From contig JAZJZK010000012.1 of assembly GCA_040389905.1 (NCBI GenBank), positions 126,929 through 190,928 on the forward strand: a stretch of DNA of 64,000 nucleotides. The letters run 5' to 3'. Positions 20,701 to 28,178 of the stretch are shown here, piece by piece. The first letter of the stretch is position 1; each line of letters begins with the position of its first letter. The notes below the pieces were generated by a model. The model made no database searches. It was not told where the DNA came from and saw only the letters and a list, made by a program, of their open reading frames with translations. The translations under genes were made by a program, and so were the position numbers. The stretch comes from Gemmatimonadota bacterium. GTDB taxonomy: Bacteria > Gemmatimonadota > Gemmatimonadetes > Gemmatimonadales > Gemmatimonadaceae.

Positions 20701-21347
20701 TGCCGCCGTCGACGGCGGCCATGATGCTCCTGCGTCCGGACGCCATGACGGGAGTGCCGGTCGAGGTCATCGAGGAAATGGAGCCGCCCGCGCAATTGAC
20801 GTATAAGTCGCTTGAGGAGGTCGCCGATCTCGACAACCTGCTCGGGTACAAGGGGAATTACATGATCTTCCCCCTCAAGCAGTCAAACGACCTGATCGAC
20901 TACATGATGCGGCCGTACTTCGACGATGTGCTCGAGCTACGGGATCCGGACGACTTCGGCAACCTCACGATCGATGAACTACACGATTTGGCGTGCTGCC
21001 TCAAGGCGCGGGATCCGCAGCGTTACGCGAAGGTCGAGCCAGACATCGAACGGTTGCTGCGCGAAATGCTTACGAATCCCAGACGGTTCAGCGACGAAGT
21101 GACCGTGCCCACGGATTCCCTGTTCATCGAGGCGCTACCGGGTAGCCACGCACTGCTCGAGACGTTCAAGCTGGCGCACCGGCTAGTAGACGTCGAGAAG
21201 GCGGCGGCCGACGTGCGCAGGGCCAAGCTGGAGAACATCCGCCTCGCCGCCCGGATCGTCGCGGGCGAGCGCAGCGACCCGGACGTCGACAAGCAGATCG
21301 TTATCGACGGAGCGCGCGAGAACGTTATCGTGCCGACCGACATCTGA
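17787..21347 (+). CDS. Large conserved-looking hypothetical protein (1186 aa), possible toxin/translocator
   Basis: Long ORF with coding-like codon use. N-terminal Ig-like segment, LVQTIPLAP and NPNDELTVTYLFYELQR motifs, a Ser/Thr-rich segment and a coiled coil. Confidence 0.8.
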   Translation: MPTVAGRVVLAGTDTGVPQVRVTAHLVTSPSSEAKTSGAAPVAAKSAGSTAGAAVTNRVGEFLLELDPATPHDGVLRLIVQVISGGLPPHTTDAIAMDDALTIVQRIEIGAEAMASLVTQARSSGDTPEEIIGRVGRRAADTDRVRAAGRAVTGARFEAKHSGVKRFRTLLAEKERGAAPKHLNSSIVRTIKTDGDVAAANEAAIKASLSRLLSDAGQPKALRGIAVLTKEELEEVRARTSNFTESLKLEDFAALRATPGTRPLTIVRFPPHDAVCRNGRLGADPCGGILVNNGSTSSRPDAPAHIPSINAATVASPDESMRVLRDAAVAVAAGTADRPMPSSQDDVQHALDGLALKPGPSDRPSYFEFHQVHIAFEHVWLEAIDEGALDIAGRAFQEVANLTGASEGFLLGIFSDPWREAAFWRGLLADTVAELGETIDPPHGVIQYFEITPEEWGALDTEHREALSSLATDITAASGPPSGPFAGFLAPLMQGIIAGLRERGRTIVAYAARKVESNAGSLSRLHGLVRDLELRLREPYFFTIYAANRYQRSVNFGLVTTYQQEWRPLDYQVGRLVQTIPLAPREVRKFSKKRVVKRARAEKEVANNMESRRSEQSDSWRSESEIVQRAQNKSNFSMTADGAFKLGIADAKTSTVLGTEASSESMQTKKDFREAVLKSAEEYKNERTIEVTSNDATETDADESGEISNPNDELTVTYLFYELQRRYRISERLHRLTPVVLVAQEVPQPQEIDNDWLVAHDWILGRVLLDDSFVPALRYLSTSLVGAEHALVELQRNLVAQRRLLTSLRDDLVMYQRQAGSRYEALEQSIKRRAEVVGGEQTEGILDKAWDFFGGSSGEESEEKARIIEDSAKDAYERAAKEEKSLRDRVEREVTALSALTETYTAKLAEHLNRKEQVSRLRVHVKENILYYMQAVWSHEPPDQRFFRLHTVQVPDLRGTRRVRFNPSVGTVPPSTAAMMLLRPDAMTGVPVEVIEEMEPPAQLTYKSLEEVADLDNLLGYKGNYMIFPLKQSNDLIDYMMRPYFDDVLELRDPDDFGNLTIDELHDLACCLKARDPQRYAKVEPDIERLLREMLTNPRRFSDEVTVPTDSLFIEALPGSHALLETFKLAHRLVDVEKAAADVRRAKLENIRLAARIVAGERSDPDVDKQIVIDGARENVIVPTDI

Positions 21348-21357
21348 GAGGCGACTC

Positions 21358-22626
21358 ATGATCCTCCCGGAAACCGATCCACGCGGAGCGCGTTTCGTAC
21401 CGGACATCCTCGAACTCGAGGTGGAACTCGCTCGCATCGAAGCCGCCGAGCGCGACGCCAATCGCAGAGCGGCAGAGGTGACCCTGTTCCGGCCGTACGG
21501 CGACATCCGGGACATGGCCCTGATACCGCTCAACCGGGCGGCGGGCCAGCTCTACGCCAAGTTCATCCCCGGCGCCGCCGAGACACTAATCGCTTTCATC
21601 CCGGCAGCCGGCAATGTGGTAGCGGTTCTCGAGGGAATCCTCGGCAGGACGTTGATCACCGATCGGAAGTTGAGTGGCACAGAGCGCGTTCTCGGTGCGG
21701 CACTGGCCTGCGTTCCGTGGTCGCGGGTCATCAGAGGCGCAGGCAAAGCGGGCGCGCAGACCGTCGCCTACATCGCCAAGCGGACGGGCCAATCGCCTCG
21801 ACGGATTCTCGGCATCGTGAACAGCCTGGGGAAGTTGTCCGCCGAGGACGCCCGACTCGTTTCATCGGCGCTTCAGGCGGCCGCCGCGGGGCAGGAGTTG
21901 ACGCTAGCGGAACGCGCGGCAGCAGAGCAGTTGCTGAGCGCGGTCAAGGAAGAAGGGCGTGCGGTCGCGAGCGCGGTTGCGGCAGAAAAGCGCGGACTTC
22001 CGACGGCGGCGGCCGATCTGCGAGGCGTAGGCTCGAGAGCCACGGAGGCGCGAACGGCAGTTGCTAGGCCGTCGGCCAGAGGTGGGACCGCCGCAACAGC
22101 AAAGACCGCCGCAACCGGAAAGGCCGCTGCTAAGCAGGCGGCCGCCCATGTGGTTGAGGAAGGAACCGGCCTCCACGAGTCCGTCTCCGCGCGCGGATCG
22201 GTGGCAGGGACAATGGCAGAGAAAGTCTGGGCCTACGTCATCCTCAAGGTCGAGCCGAATGTAAGACGAGTAAGGTTCCCGGTGCGTGTGCGCGATCGCG
22301 CCGGCAAATGGATCGAGGTCAAGGTCGAACCCGATTTTCTACCGACGGCGCGAGTCGGGCCGCTGGGGATTCGGGAGTCGATCACGCGAGCGGAAGATAT
22401 TTCTGAGGCACTCTGGATCGGCGATTCCAAGTACATCGGGGAAAACCGCGCGGTCCGTCTGGACGATCAAATCAGGGGGATGATTTCGCTGGCAAAAGAG
22501 AATAGGAAAGTCTTCCGCTTTTTCGTGAAGAAGGGAGGAGGTGTCACAAAAGGCGTCCGTAGTTACGCAAAGCGCATTGGCGCGGTCATCGAGGTCGTAG
22601 AGGACACGTCGGGGCGGATCAACTAG
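21358..22626 (+). CDS. Polymorphic-toxin-like protein: pre-toxin TG domain plus C-terminal REase-fold (Tox-REase-7-like) nuclease
   Basis: FIPAAGNVVAVLEGILGRTLITDRKLSGTERVL (PT-TG pattern), an Ala-rich linker, then EPDF...IGDSK...LDDQIR...FRFFV (PD-(D/E)xK). GAGG RBS, 10 bp after the previous gene. Confidence 0.7.
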   Translation: MILPETDPRGARFVPDILELEVELARIEAAERDANRRAAEVTLFRPYGDIRDMALIPLNRAAGQLYAKFIPGAAETLIAFIPAAGNVVAVLEGILGRTLITDRKLSGTERVLGAALACVPWSRVIRGAGKAGAQTVAYIAKRTGQSPRRILGIVNSLGKLSAEDARLVSSALQAAAAGQELTLAERAAAEQLLSAVKEEGRAVASAVAAEKRGLPTAAADLRGVGSRATEARTAVARPSARGGTAATAKTAATGKAAAKQAAAHVVEEGTGLHESVSARGSVAGTMAEKVWAYVILKVEPNVRRVRFPVRVRDRAGKWIEVKVEPDFLPTARVGPLGIRESITRAEDISEALWIGDSKYIGENRAVRLDDQIRGMISLAKENRKVFRFFVKKGGGVTKGVRSYAKRIGAVIEVVEDTSGRIN

Positions 22627-22904
22627 CCGAGGCGTAACGAGAGACGCCTCACGCGACACACGCGGCCCGCGCCATCCGTGCGTAGGACAACATCCAGGTT
22701 CGGAGATCGCGGGCCGACTACGATGGGGAATCTTCTGCTCGAAACGAATATCCGAGATGCGCTCCATTCCCTGGGCATGCACCTCTTGAGCTGCGCATGC
22801 GCCCTCGGGATGGAAATCCTCTCTGCAGGCACAGCCTCGCTCCGGGTAGACGTCCGCAGGAGTTAGTGGCCTGCGGTGGGATCCAGCGGCCTCAGCGCAT
22901 CACG

Positions 22905-22998
22905 TGATCGGTTTCAGCCGAAATGACTGATCGGCTTCGCCCGAAATGGGTGATCGGCTTCAAGCGAAACGGGCGATCGGAATCGAGCGAAATCCGCA
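22905..22998 (-). mobile_element. Orphan IS21-family terminal end (multiple transposase-binding repeats)
   Basis: Four repeats (T/C)GATCGG..TC...CGAAA at a 23-bp period (22905, 22928, 22951, 22974), ending in CA at 22998. The minus strand reads TGCGGATTTCG...CCGATC. No istA/istB nearby. Confidence 0.75.
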
Positions 22999-23580
22999 CG
23001 ATTCCAAGTGCGTTCCCAGCAGGCCCGGGTTGATCTGTCGTTTTGACGAATTCGGGAAGGTCCGTGGGATACACACCCACCGTAGAACGCTGTCGATTAG
23101 GAGATCGCGAAGTGTCGAGTTCCTGCCAATCGCACTCGGTAGTCCCGCAGTGTCGCGAGTTGGCCGCACATCGGCGATGAGCCGCCATCGCGGTGCGGTG
23201 CTCACGTTGCGTTGGACTTCCACGCGTCGCAATGCTGCCGCAGCACGACTGCGGCGGAGGTAATCTGGCGTGTACCTGGCAGCCGGTACTCGCTTGGAGC
23301 ACCGATTTATCCCCGGCTCCTGCCGCGCTCGGGCCGACAAACGCTTGCTACGGCTTCGCGACCGCGCTAAACCGGTCTGGCACGGCAGTGGAGGGGCAAT
23401 GACGACGCCGACCATGCGATTGCAGAAAGGGCGTGAGCCTTACGGGAACAGAACTTACGCGCAATCGGCCACCGCGTCCGGCCGGCTTGACATAGGAGCA
23501 GTAACGTAGTCCCGCCTCCAACCGCGCGAACGATGACTCACTGCGCAGTCAATTCCTCATCCGGTTGCTGACATTCCTTG

Positions 23581-24057
23581 CTATCCACCACCTGCCCCGA
23601 GCGCCGAGGCCACCCGCCCGTCTCGCTGTCGCGCGAGAACTGCTTCAAGTTGGCGTTGCGGCAACCCTTCCTTCGCCCCAGCGTCCCGTGCGAGTGCCGC
23701 GAATCTTTCCCAGGCGACTCGACATTCCTCACCCTGCAATAGTCGCCGCGCGATACTGCCCGCGCCATCAGCGGTTGCTGAGGCGCCACTCGCTACGAGC
23801 TTGTCCTGGATGTAGTCAGCCCAGAACTGTTTGCCTGCCTCGATCAAAACTGATATGAGCACGAGTCTCGCCATATCCATTCCGAGGCCTCCCCAACGAC
23901 GCGCGATCGACAGCGACAGCGCGATCTCGCCCCCGAGGGTTCCTGACAGTCCCGCACGCTGTACGAGCTGTCCGAGGAGTTGATCTTCTATGTCCTCACC
24001 GCTCGCCTTGAGGATTGCCGATGCGAGTTCCGCAGCAAACCGTTCGTCTGGGCGCAT
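23581..24057 (-). CDS. Hypothetical helical protein
   Basis: 158-aa ORF downstream of hsdR with no recognisable motif. Confidence 0.35.
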   Translation of the reverse strand: MRPDERFAAELASAILKASGEDIEDQLLGQLVQRAGLSGTLGGEIALSLSIARRWGGLGMDMARLVLISVLIEAGKQFWADYIQDKLVASGASATADGAGSIARRLLQGEECRVAWERFAALARDAGAKEGLPQRQLEAVLARQRDGRVASALGAGGG

Positions 24058-24145
24058 GGGATGAAGGCTAGCTCAATAGGCGTTGTTGGCGGTATCCCCA
24101 CAGATCTGCCTAAAGGGGTCGGAGCCCCAGGGTGTGCTGGCTTCC

Positions 24146-27100
24146 TTACATCGCGTTCGTAATCGCGTACACCATGTCGCCAACGAACCGCTTGAACGAC
24201 TCGTTCTCTACGAACTCCTTGTACACCTGCGTGTCGTCCTTCAGCAGGTGTTGCATCACGCCCGCGAGCGCCTTGTCGTGCGCCAGCCGCGCCGTATGCG
24301 GAGTATTCGCTCTGGCGTTCTGATACCCCGCGTCCGCCGCCACCCTCGGCGCGATATCATCCCGAATACGCTGTGCGACGCGATCAGTGTCGGTGAAGAG
24401 CGTCCCGAACTGTTCGTTGAACGACCTCAGGATGTTGCTCAGCCGGTCCAGCTCCGGCTCCGGTTTGTGGCCGTGTGCATCCGTCGGCACGGGCTCGATC
24501 TCCGCATTCTCATCCAGCAAGGCAATGCGCAGCGCCTCTTTCTTCTCCACGCGGTAGCTGTCCATGTCGATCGCGTCGAGTATCCCCCTGGACAGATCCT
24601 CCTCCCTCGGCGCAGGCAACTTGCGTGTCAACTGCTCCAGGAAGATCGACAACTTCTCCCACTCCGCGTTGCTGTACGGGATGATCGAGGAGAGAAAGGC
24701 ATAGGTCCGACAGAAAACCTTCGCCTTTCCCTTGAACTCTACTTGCCCGTCCTCGTCGAGGCTGTTGTAGACCGGGACACACGCATCGAGGATCGGATCC
24801 AGCGCGTCACGCGGCGCCTCGGCAAGAAACAGCGCGACGAAATCGCGAACCTGCTCTGGCGTGTACACCTGCGCACCGTCCAACGCCGCCTTCAAGTCGT
24901 GCAACTTGTTCGGGTCGGTCTCCTCGGACAGCAGCGTCGTGCGATAGTAGTCCTGAAACGCGTAGGTGATCGCCTCACTGTTGTTCTGGAAGTCCAGTAC
25001 GAAGCAGTCGTATTTCTGCGGATGCGCGCGATTGAGCCGCGAGAGCGTCTGCACCGCCTTGATCCCCGACAGCGCCTTGTCCACGTACATCGTGTGCAGC
25101 AGTGGCTCGTCGTATCCCGTCTGGAACTTGTCCGCGCAGATCAGGAATCGATACGGGTCGGTCTGGATCCGCTCGGCAATCTTGTTGCTCGGAAACCCAT
25201 TGAGCGACGCTTCGGTCACCTTCGCGCCACCGTACTCGTACTCCCCTGAGAACGCGACGATCGCCTTCCAGGGACTCTTCCGCTCGGCGAGATACGCCGA
25301 GAAGCCGTGGAAGTACTGGATTGCGCGCTCGATGCCACTGGTGATGACCATGGCCCGCGCTTCGCCGCCGATCTTGCCCACGGCCATCACCTTCTCGTGA
25401 AAGTGATCGACCATGATCTCGGCCTTGAGACGAATGGCGTGATCGTGGCTCTCCACATATCGACGCAACTTCTTCTGCGCCTTCCTTGAATCGAACTCGG
25501 GGTCATCGTCGGTCTTCTTGATCAGCTTGTAGTAGCTCTCGACAGGCGTATACGCCCTGAGCACGTCGAGGATGAAGCCCTCCTCGATCGCCTGCTTCAT
25601 CGTGTAGCTGTGAAACGGCTGGTGCCGCACCTTCCCTTCGGCGTCCGCGGCGAGTGGCTCGCCGAACATCTCCAGAGTCTTGTTCTTCGGCGTGGCCGTG
25701 AAGGCGAAGTAGCTCGCGTTCGTGAGCATCTTTCGCGCGGCCATCCGCTTCGCGAGCGCCTCGTTGACGATGTCCTCTGGGTCGGGCCCTTCGTCATCGC
25801 CCGTAACTTCGTCACCAAGCGCCTCGCTCATGGCTGCTGAGGTCTTGCCGCCCTGGCTCGAGTGCGCTTCGTCAATGATGATGGCGAAGCGCTTCCCTGC
25901 CTCGGTCTCGATCTCCTTGATGATGTTGGGGAACTTCTGCACCGTCGAGACGATGATCTTCTTCCCTTGCTCGATGAACGCGCGAAGGTCGCCTGACTTC
26001 ACGGCATGCCCCACCGTCGCGTTCACCTGCATGAACTGCTTGATCGTCGTCTGGATCTGGTGATCGAGGATGCGACGGTCGGTGACGACGATGACCGAAT
26101 CGAAGACCTCTCCCGCATCAGCATCGCCGACCTTCTTCAGGCCAATGAGCTGGTGTGCCAACCACGCGATGGAGTTGGACTTGCCACTGCCCGCCGAGTG
26201 TTGGATGAGGTAGCGCTTGCCGGCGCCGTGGGTGCGTACGTCGGCGAGCGTCTGTTGGACGAGACTCAACTGATGGTAGCGTGGCCATACCTGCTTCCGC
26301 TTCTTCTTGCCGGTGCGCGGGTCCTTCTCTTCGACGATCTGTGCGTAGTTCTCGATGATGTCGGTGAGACCCCGAGGGGTGAGCACCTCCTTCCAGAGAT
26401 AGTCGGTCTTGAGCCCGTTCAGGTTGGGCGGGTTGCCCGCGCCGTCGTGATACCCCTTGTTGAAGGGAAGGAACCACGAGCTCTTTCCCGAGAGTTGGGT
26501 GCACATCTGCACTTCGCTGTCGTCCACCGCGAAGTGTACAGCGCAACGTCCGAACTCGAAGAGCCGTTCGCGCGGGTCGCGGTCCTTCTTGTATTGGGCG
26601 ATCGCGTCGGCGGTATTCTGCTTGGTGAGACTGTTCTTGAGCTCGAAGGTGGCGAGGGGGAGGCCGTTAATGAACACGCAGAGGTCCAGCGCGCGGCGCG
26701 TTTCATCCATGCTGTACGCGAGCTGCCGCGTCACCGAAAAGCGATTCTCGGCGTGCAGTGCCTCGGTCGTGGCGTTGCCCGCGGATGGCGTTCCGTAAAA
26801 CAGGACGAACTTGAGGGGACCGTGGTCGACGCCCTTCCGCAGGACGTCGATGACACCGCGCTTGCCGATCTCGTTCGAAAGGCGCGTGAGGAACTTGAGG
26901 CGGTTGATGTCCTTGGCGTCGTTCGGATTCGACATGGCGAGCTTGTCGAATGACACCGGTTGCGTGGCGCGCAGAAAGGCGAAGAGTTGTGCCGAGTCGA
27001 AGGCTTGTGCGCGGTCGAAGTCTCGTGGGCTGCCGGCGGTGTAGCCGGTGCCGCCGTACGTGGACGGCGGTTCAGCGACGCGGTTCGGCACCACGCCGAG

Positions 27101-27169
27101 ACCATCGGTGCCGGTCACGTGCCGCACGATGATGGTTTCGAGGCCCTTCTCGCTGGTGTCGGTCGTCAC
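24146..27169 (-). CDS. hsdR: Type I restriction enzyme subunit R
   Basis: Nuclease motif LDL...INGLPLATFELK, Walker A HSAGSGKS, IIIDEAH, FTATP, FQTGYD, QTLSRLNR. Confidence 0.96.
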   Translation of the reverse strand: MTTDTSEKGLETIIVRHVTGTDGLGVVPNRVAEPPSTYGGTGYTAGSPRDFDRAQAFDSAQLFAFLRATQPVSFDKLAMSNPNDAKDINRLKFLTRLSNEIGKRGVIDVLRKGVDHGPLKFVLFYGTPSAGNATTEALHAENRFSVTRQLAYSMDETRRALDLCVFINGLPLATFELKNSLTKQNTADAIAQYKKDRDPRERLFEFGRCAVHFAVDDSEVQMCTQLSGKSSWFLPFNKGYHDGAGNPPNLNGLKTDYLWKEVLTPRGLTDIIENYAQIVEEKDPRTGKKKRKQVWPRYHQLSLVQQTLADVRTHGAGKRYLIQHSAGSGKSNSIAWLAHQLIGLKKVGDADAGEVFDSVIVVTDRRILDHQIQTTIKQFMQVNATVGHAVKSGDLRAFIEQGKKIIVSTVQKFPNIIKEIETEAGKRFAIIIDEAHSSQGGKTSAAMSEALGDEVTGDDEGPDPEDIVNEALAKRMAARKMLTNASYFAFTATPKNKTLEMFGEPLAADAEGKVRHQPFHSYTMKQAIEEGFILDVLRAYTPVESYYKLIKKTDDDPEFDSRKAQKKLRRYVESHDHAIRLKAEIMVDHFHEKVMAVGKIGGEARAMVITSGIERAIQYFHGFSAYLAERKSPWKAIVAFSGEYEYGGAKVTEASLNGFPSNKIAERIQTDPYRFLICADKFQTGYDEPLLHTMYVDKALSGIKAVQTLSRLNRAHPQKYDCFVLDFQNNSEAITYAFQDYYRTTLLSEETDPNKLHDLKAALDGAQVYTPEQVRDFVALFLAEAPRDALDPILDACVPVYNSLDEDGQVEFKGKAKVFCRTYAFLSSIIPYSNAEWEKLSIFLEQLTRKLPAPREEDLSRGILDAIDMDSYRVEKKEALRIALLDENAEIEPVPTDAHGHKPEPELDRLSNILRSFNEQFGTLFTDTDRVAQRIRDDIAPRVAADAGYQNARANTPHTARLAHDKALAGVMQHLLKDDTQVYKEFVENESFKRFVGDMVYAITNAM

Positions 27170-27215
27170 GCGACCAGCCCGATGATGGTTCCGCGATGGC
27201 GAACTGTCGAACAGC

Positions 27216-27533
27216 TCACGCTGCGGTTGCGTGCAACTTCACGCCGAGCGCGCGCGCGACCCTGAGGACCGTTGCGAAGCTTGGATTTCCCTCGGCGCCA
27301 AGCGCCTTGTACAGACTCTCACGACTCATCCCCGCGTCGCGGGCGACCTGAGACATCCCCTTAGCACGCGCGATGTCACCCAGGGCGCGCGCAATACCTG
27401 CGGCATCCTCGGGCGCGTCGGCCAGCCAGGCGTCGAGATAGGCCGCCATCTCCTTCGGCGTGCGCAGGTGCGCCGCCACGTCGTAGGGCATGGTCGTGGT
27501 GCGAGTCGCCCTCTTTGGTGCGGTCTTTGGCAT
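27216..27533 (-). CDS. Addiction module antidote protein (HTH, HI1420/HigA-like)
   Basis: YDVAAHL...AAYL...ARALGDIARAKGMSQVARDAGMSRESLYKALG.EGNPSFAT. Confidence 0.92.
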   Translation of the reverse strand: MPKTAPKRATRTTTMPYDVAAHLRTPKEMAAYLDAWLADAPEDAAGIARALGDIARAKGMSQVARDAGMSRESLYKALGAEGNPSFATVLRVARALGVKLHATAA

Positions 27534-27593
27534 GGCGCGTCACTCCTCGTAGTTTCGTGCTTGCGTAGTCTAGCGGCCGTCCTGAAACTCGTT

Positions 27594-27848
27594 GTCATCC
27601 CGCATGAGCGAAGCGAATGTCGGGATCTACCGTCCGTGCGCCAGGAGCCTTTCCCTCTATCCGTACAGTAGATCCCGACACTCGCTGCGCTCGCGAGACT
27701 GTGTGAAAACTCCCTCCGCACGAGGAGCCACCGAAATTTTTCCTCCGTATTTCGATTCTGCCGCACTTTCGTGGTGGAGGGAATGGTTTTCTGTGGGTGT
27801 GTTTTGCTCGAAAATGGAGTTTTCACACAATCTCTCGTGCGGGATGAC
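27594..27848. repeat. Inverted REP pair (REPIN/BIME-like), right arm interrupted
   Basis: Left arm GTCATCCCGCATGAGCGAAGCGAATGTCGGGATCTAC (27594-27630). The right arm, after removing the inner element, is its reverse complement with 3 mismatches in 37. Confidence 0.8.
27695..27834. mobile_element. 140-bp MITE with IS1182-like ends
   Basis: IRs GAGACTGTGTGAAAACTCC and GGAGTTTTCACACAATCTC (18/19 complementary), flanked by TCGC/TCGT as a near-perfect 4-bp target duplication. The family assignment is from recall of IR consensus. Confidence 0.78.
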
Positions 27849-27997
27849 GTCCTTGGCGATACGCGCCAGGAATGCAGTTTCAGGACGGACACCAGCCGAA
27901 TGGTCAACGCGCATCTGGATACGGGCGCGAGCACCGAGATCCTTCACACTGTTGATCCAGTCGCGGTAGGCCTCGGTCTCCTCGGTACGCATCATAT

Positions 27998-28027
27998 CTA
28001 GTGTATCCTACAGGATACACTAGTCAA
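27998..28027 (-). promoter_or_regulatory. TA operon promoter with perfect palindromic operator
   Basis: CTAGTGTATCCT-AC-AGGATACACTAG (27998-28023). The minus strand reads TTGACT, 16 bp, TACACT, then the toxin ATG a few bases later (leaderless-like). Confidence 0.8.
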
Positions 28028-28178
28028 GCGCACCGGTCATGGTTCTGCCGTGCTGCCAGAGCCGCATACGCCGCGGTCGTTCGGCGACGCGGTTGGGAAC
28101 GACGCCGAGACCATCGATGCCGGTCATGTGCCGCACGATGATGGGTTCGAGGCCTTTCTCGCTCGTGTCAGTGGTCAT
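28020..28178 (-). pseudogene. hsdR: Truncated second copy of the hsdR 5' end
   Basis: MTTDTSEKGLEPIIVRHMTGIDGLGVVPNRVAE matches HsdR residues 1-33 with 3 substitutions. ATGA overlap with the hsdS stop. Confidence 0.85.

Larger units (their letters stand above)
27570..27895. mobile_element. Outer miniature inverted-repeat element inside the toxin gene
   Basis: Terminal IRs CTAGCGGCCGTCCTGAAACT (27570-27589) and AGTTTCAGGACGGACACCAG (27876-27895), 17/20 complementary. Confidence 0.6.
27540..27995 (-). pseudogene. Addiction module killer toxin (RelE/HigB-like, HI1419 type), disrupted
   Basis: Only the N-terminus MMRTEETEAYRDWINSVKDLGARARIQMRVD and a probable C-terminus QARNYEE-stop remain. The centre is replaced by nested repeat elements. 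Confidence 0.8.

Noticed and set aside
22905..22998. CRISPR array
   Set aside because: The repeats are contiguous at a 23-bp period with no unique spacers and no cas genes. The pattern fits an IS21-type end.
24083..26953. Long plus-strand ORFs (24083-25249, 26006-26953) and similar shadows over other genes
   Set aside because: They lie antisense to well-supported genes, are Arg-rich and carry no motifs.
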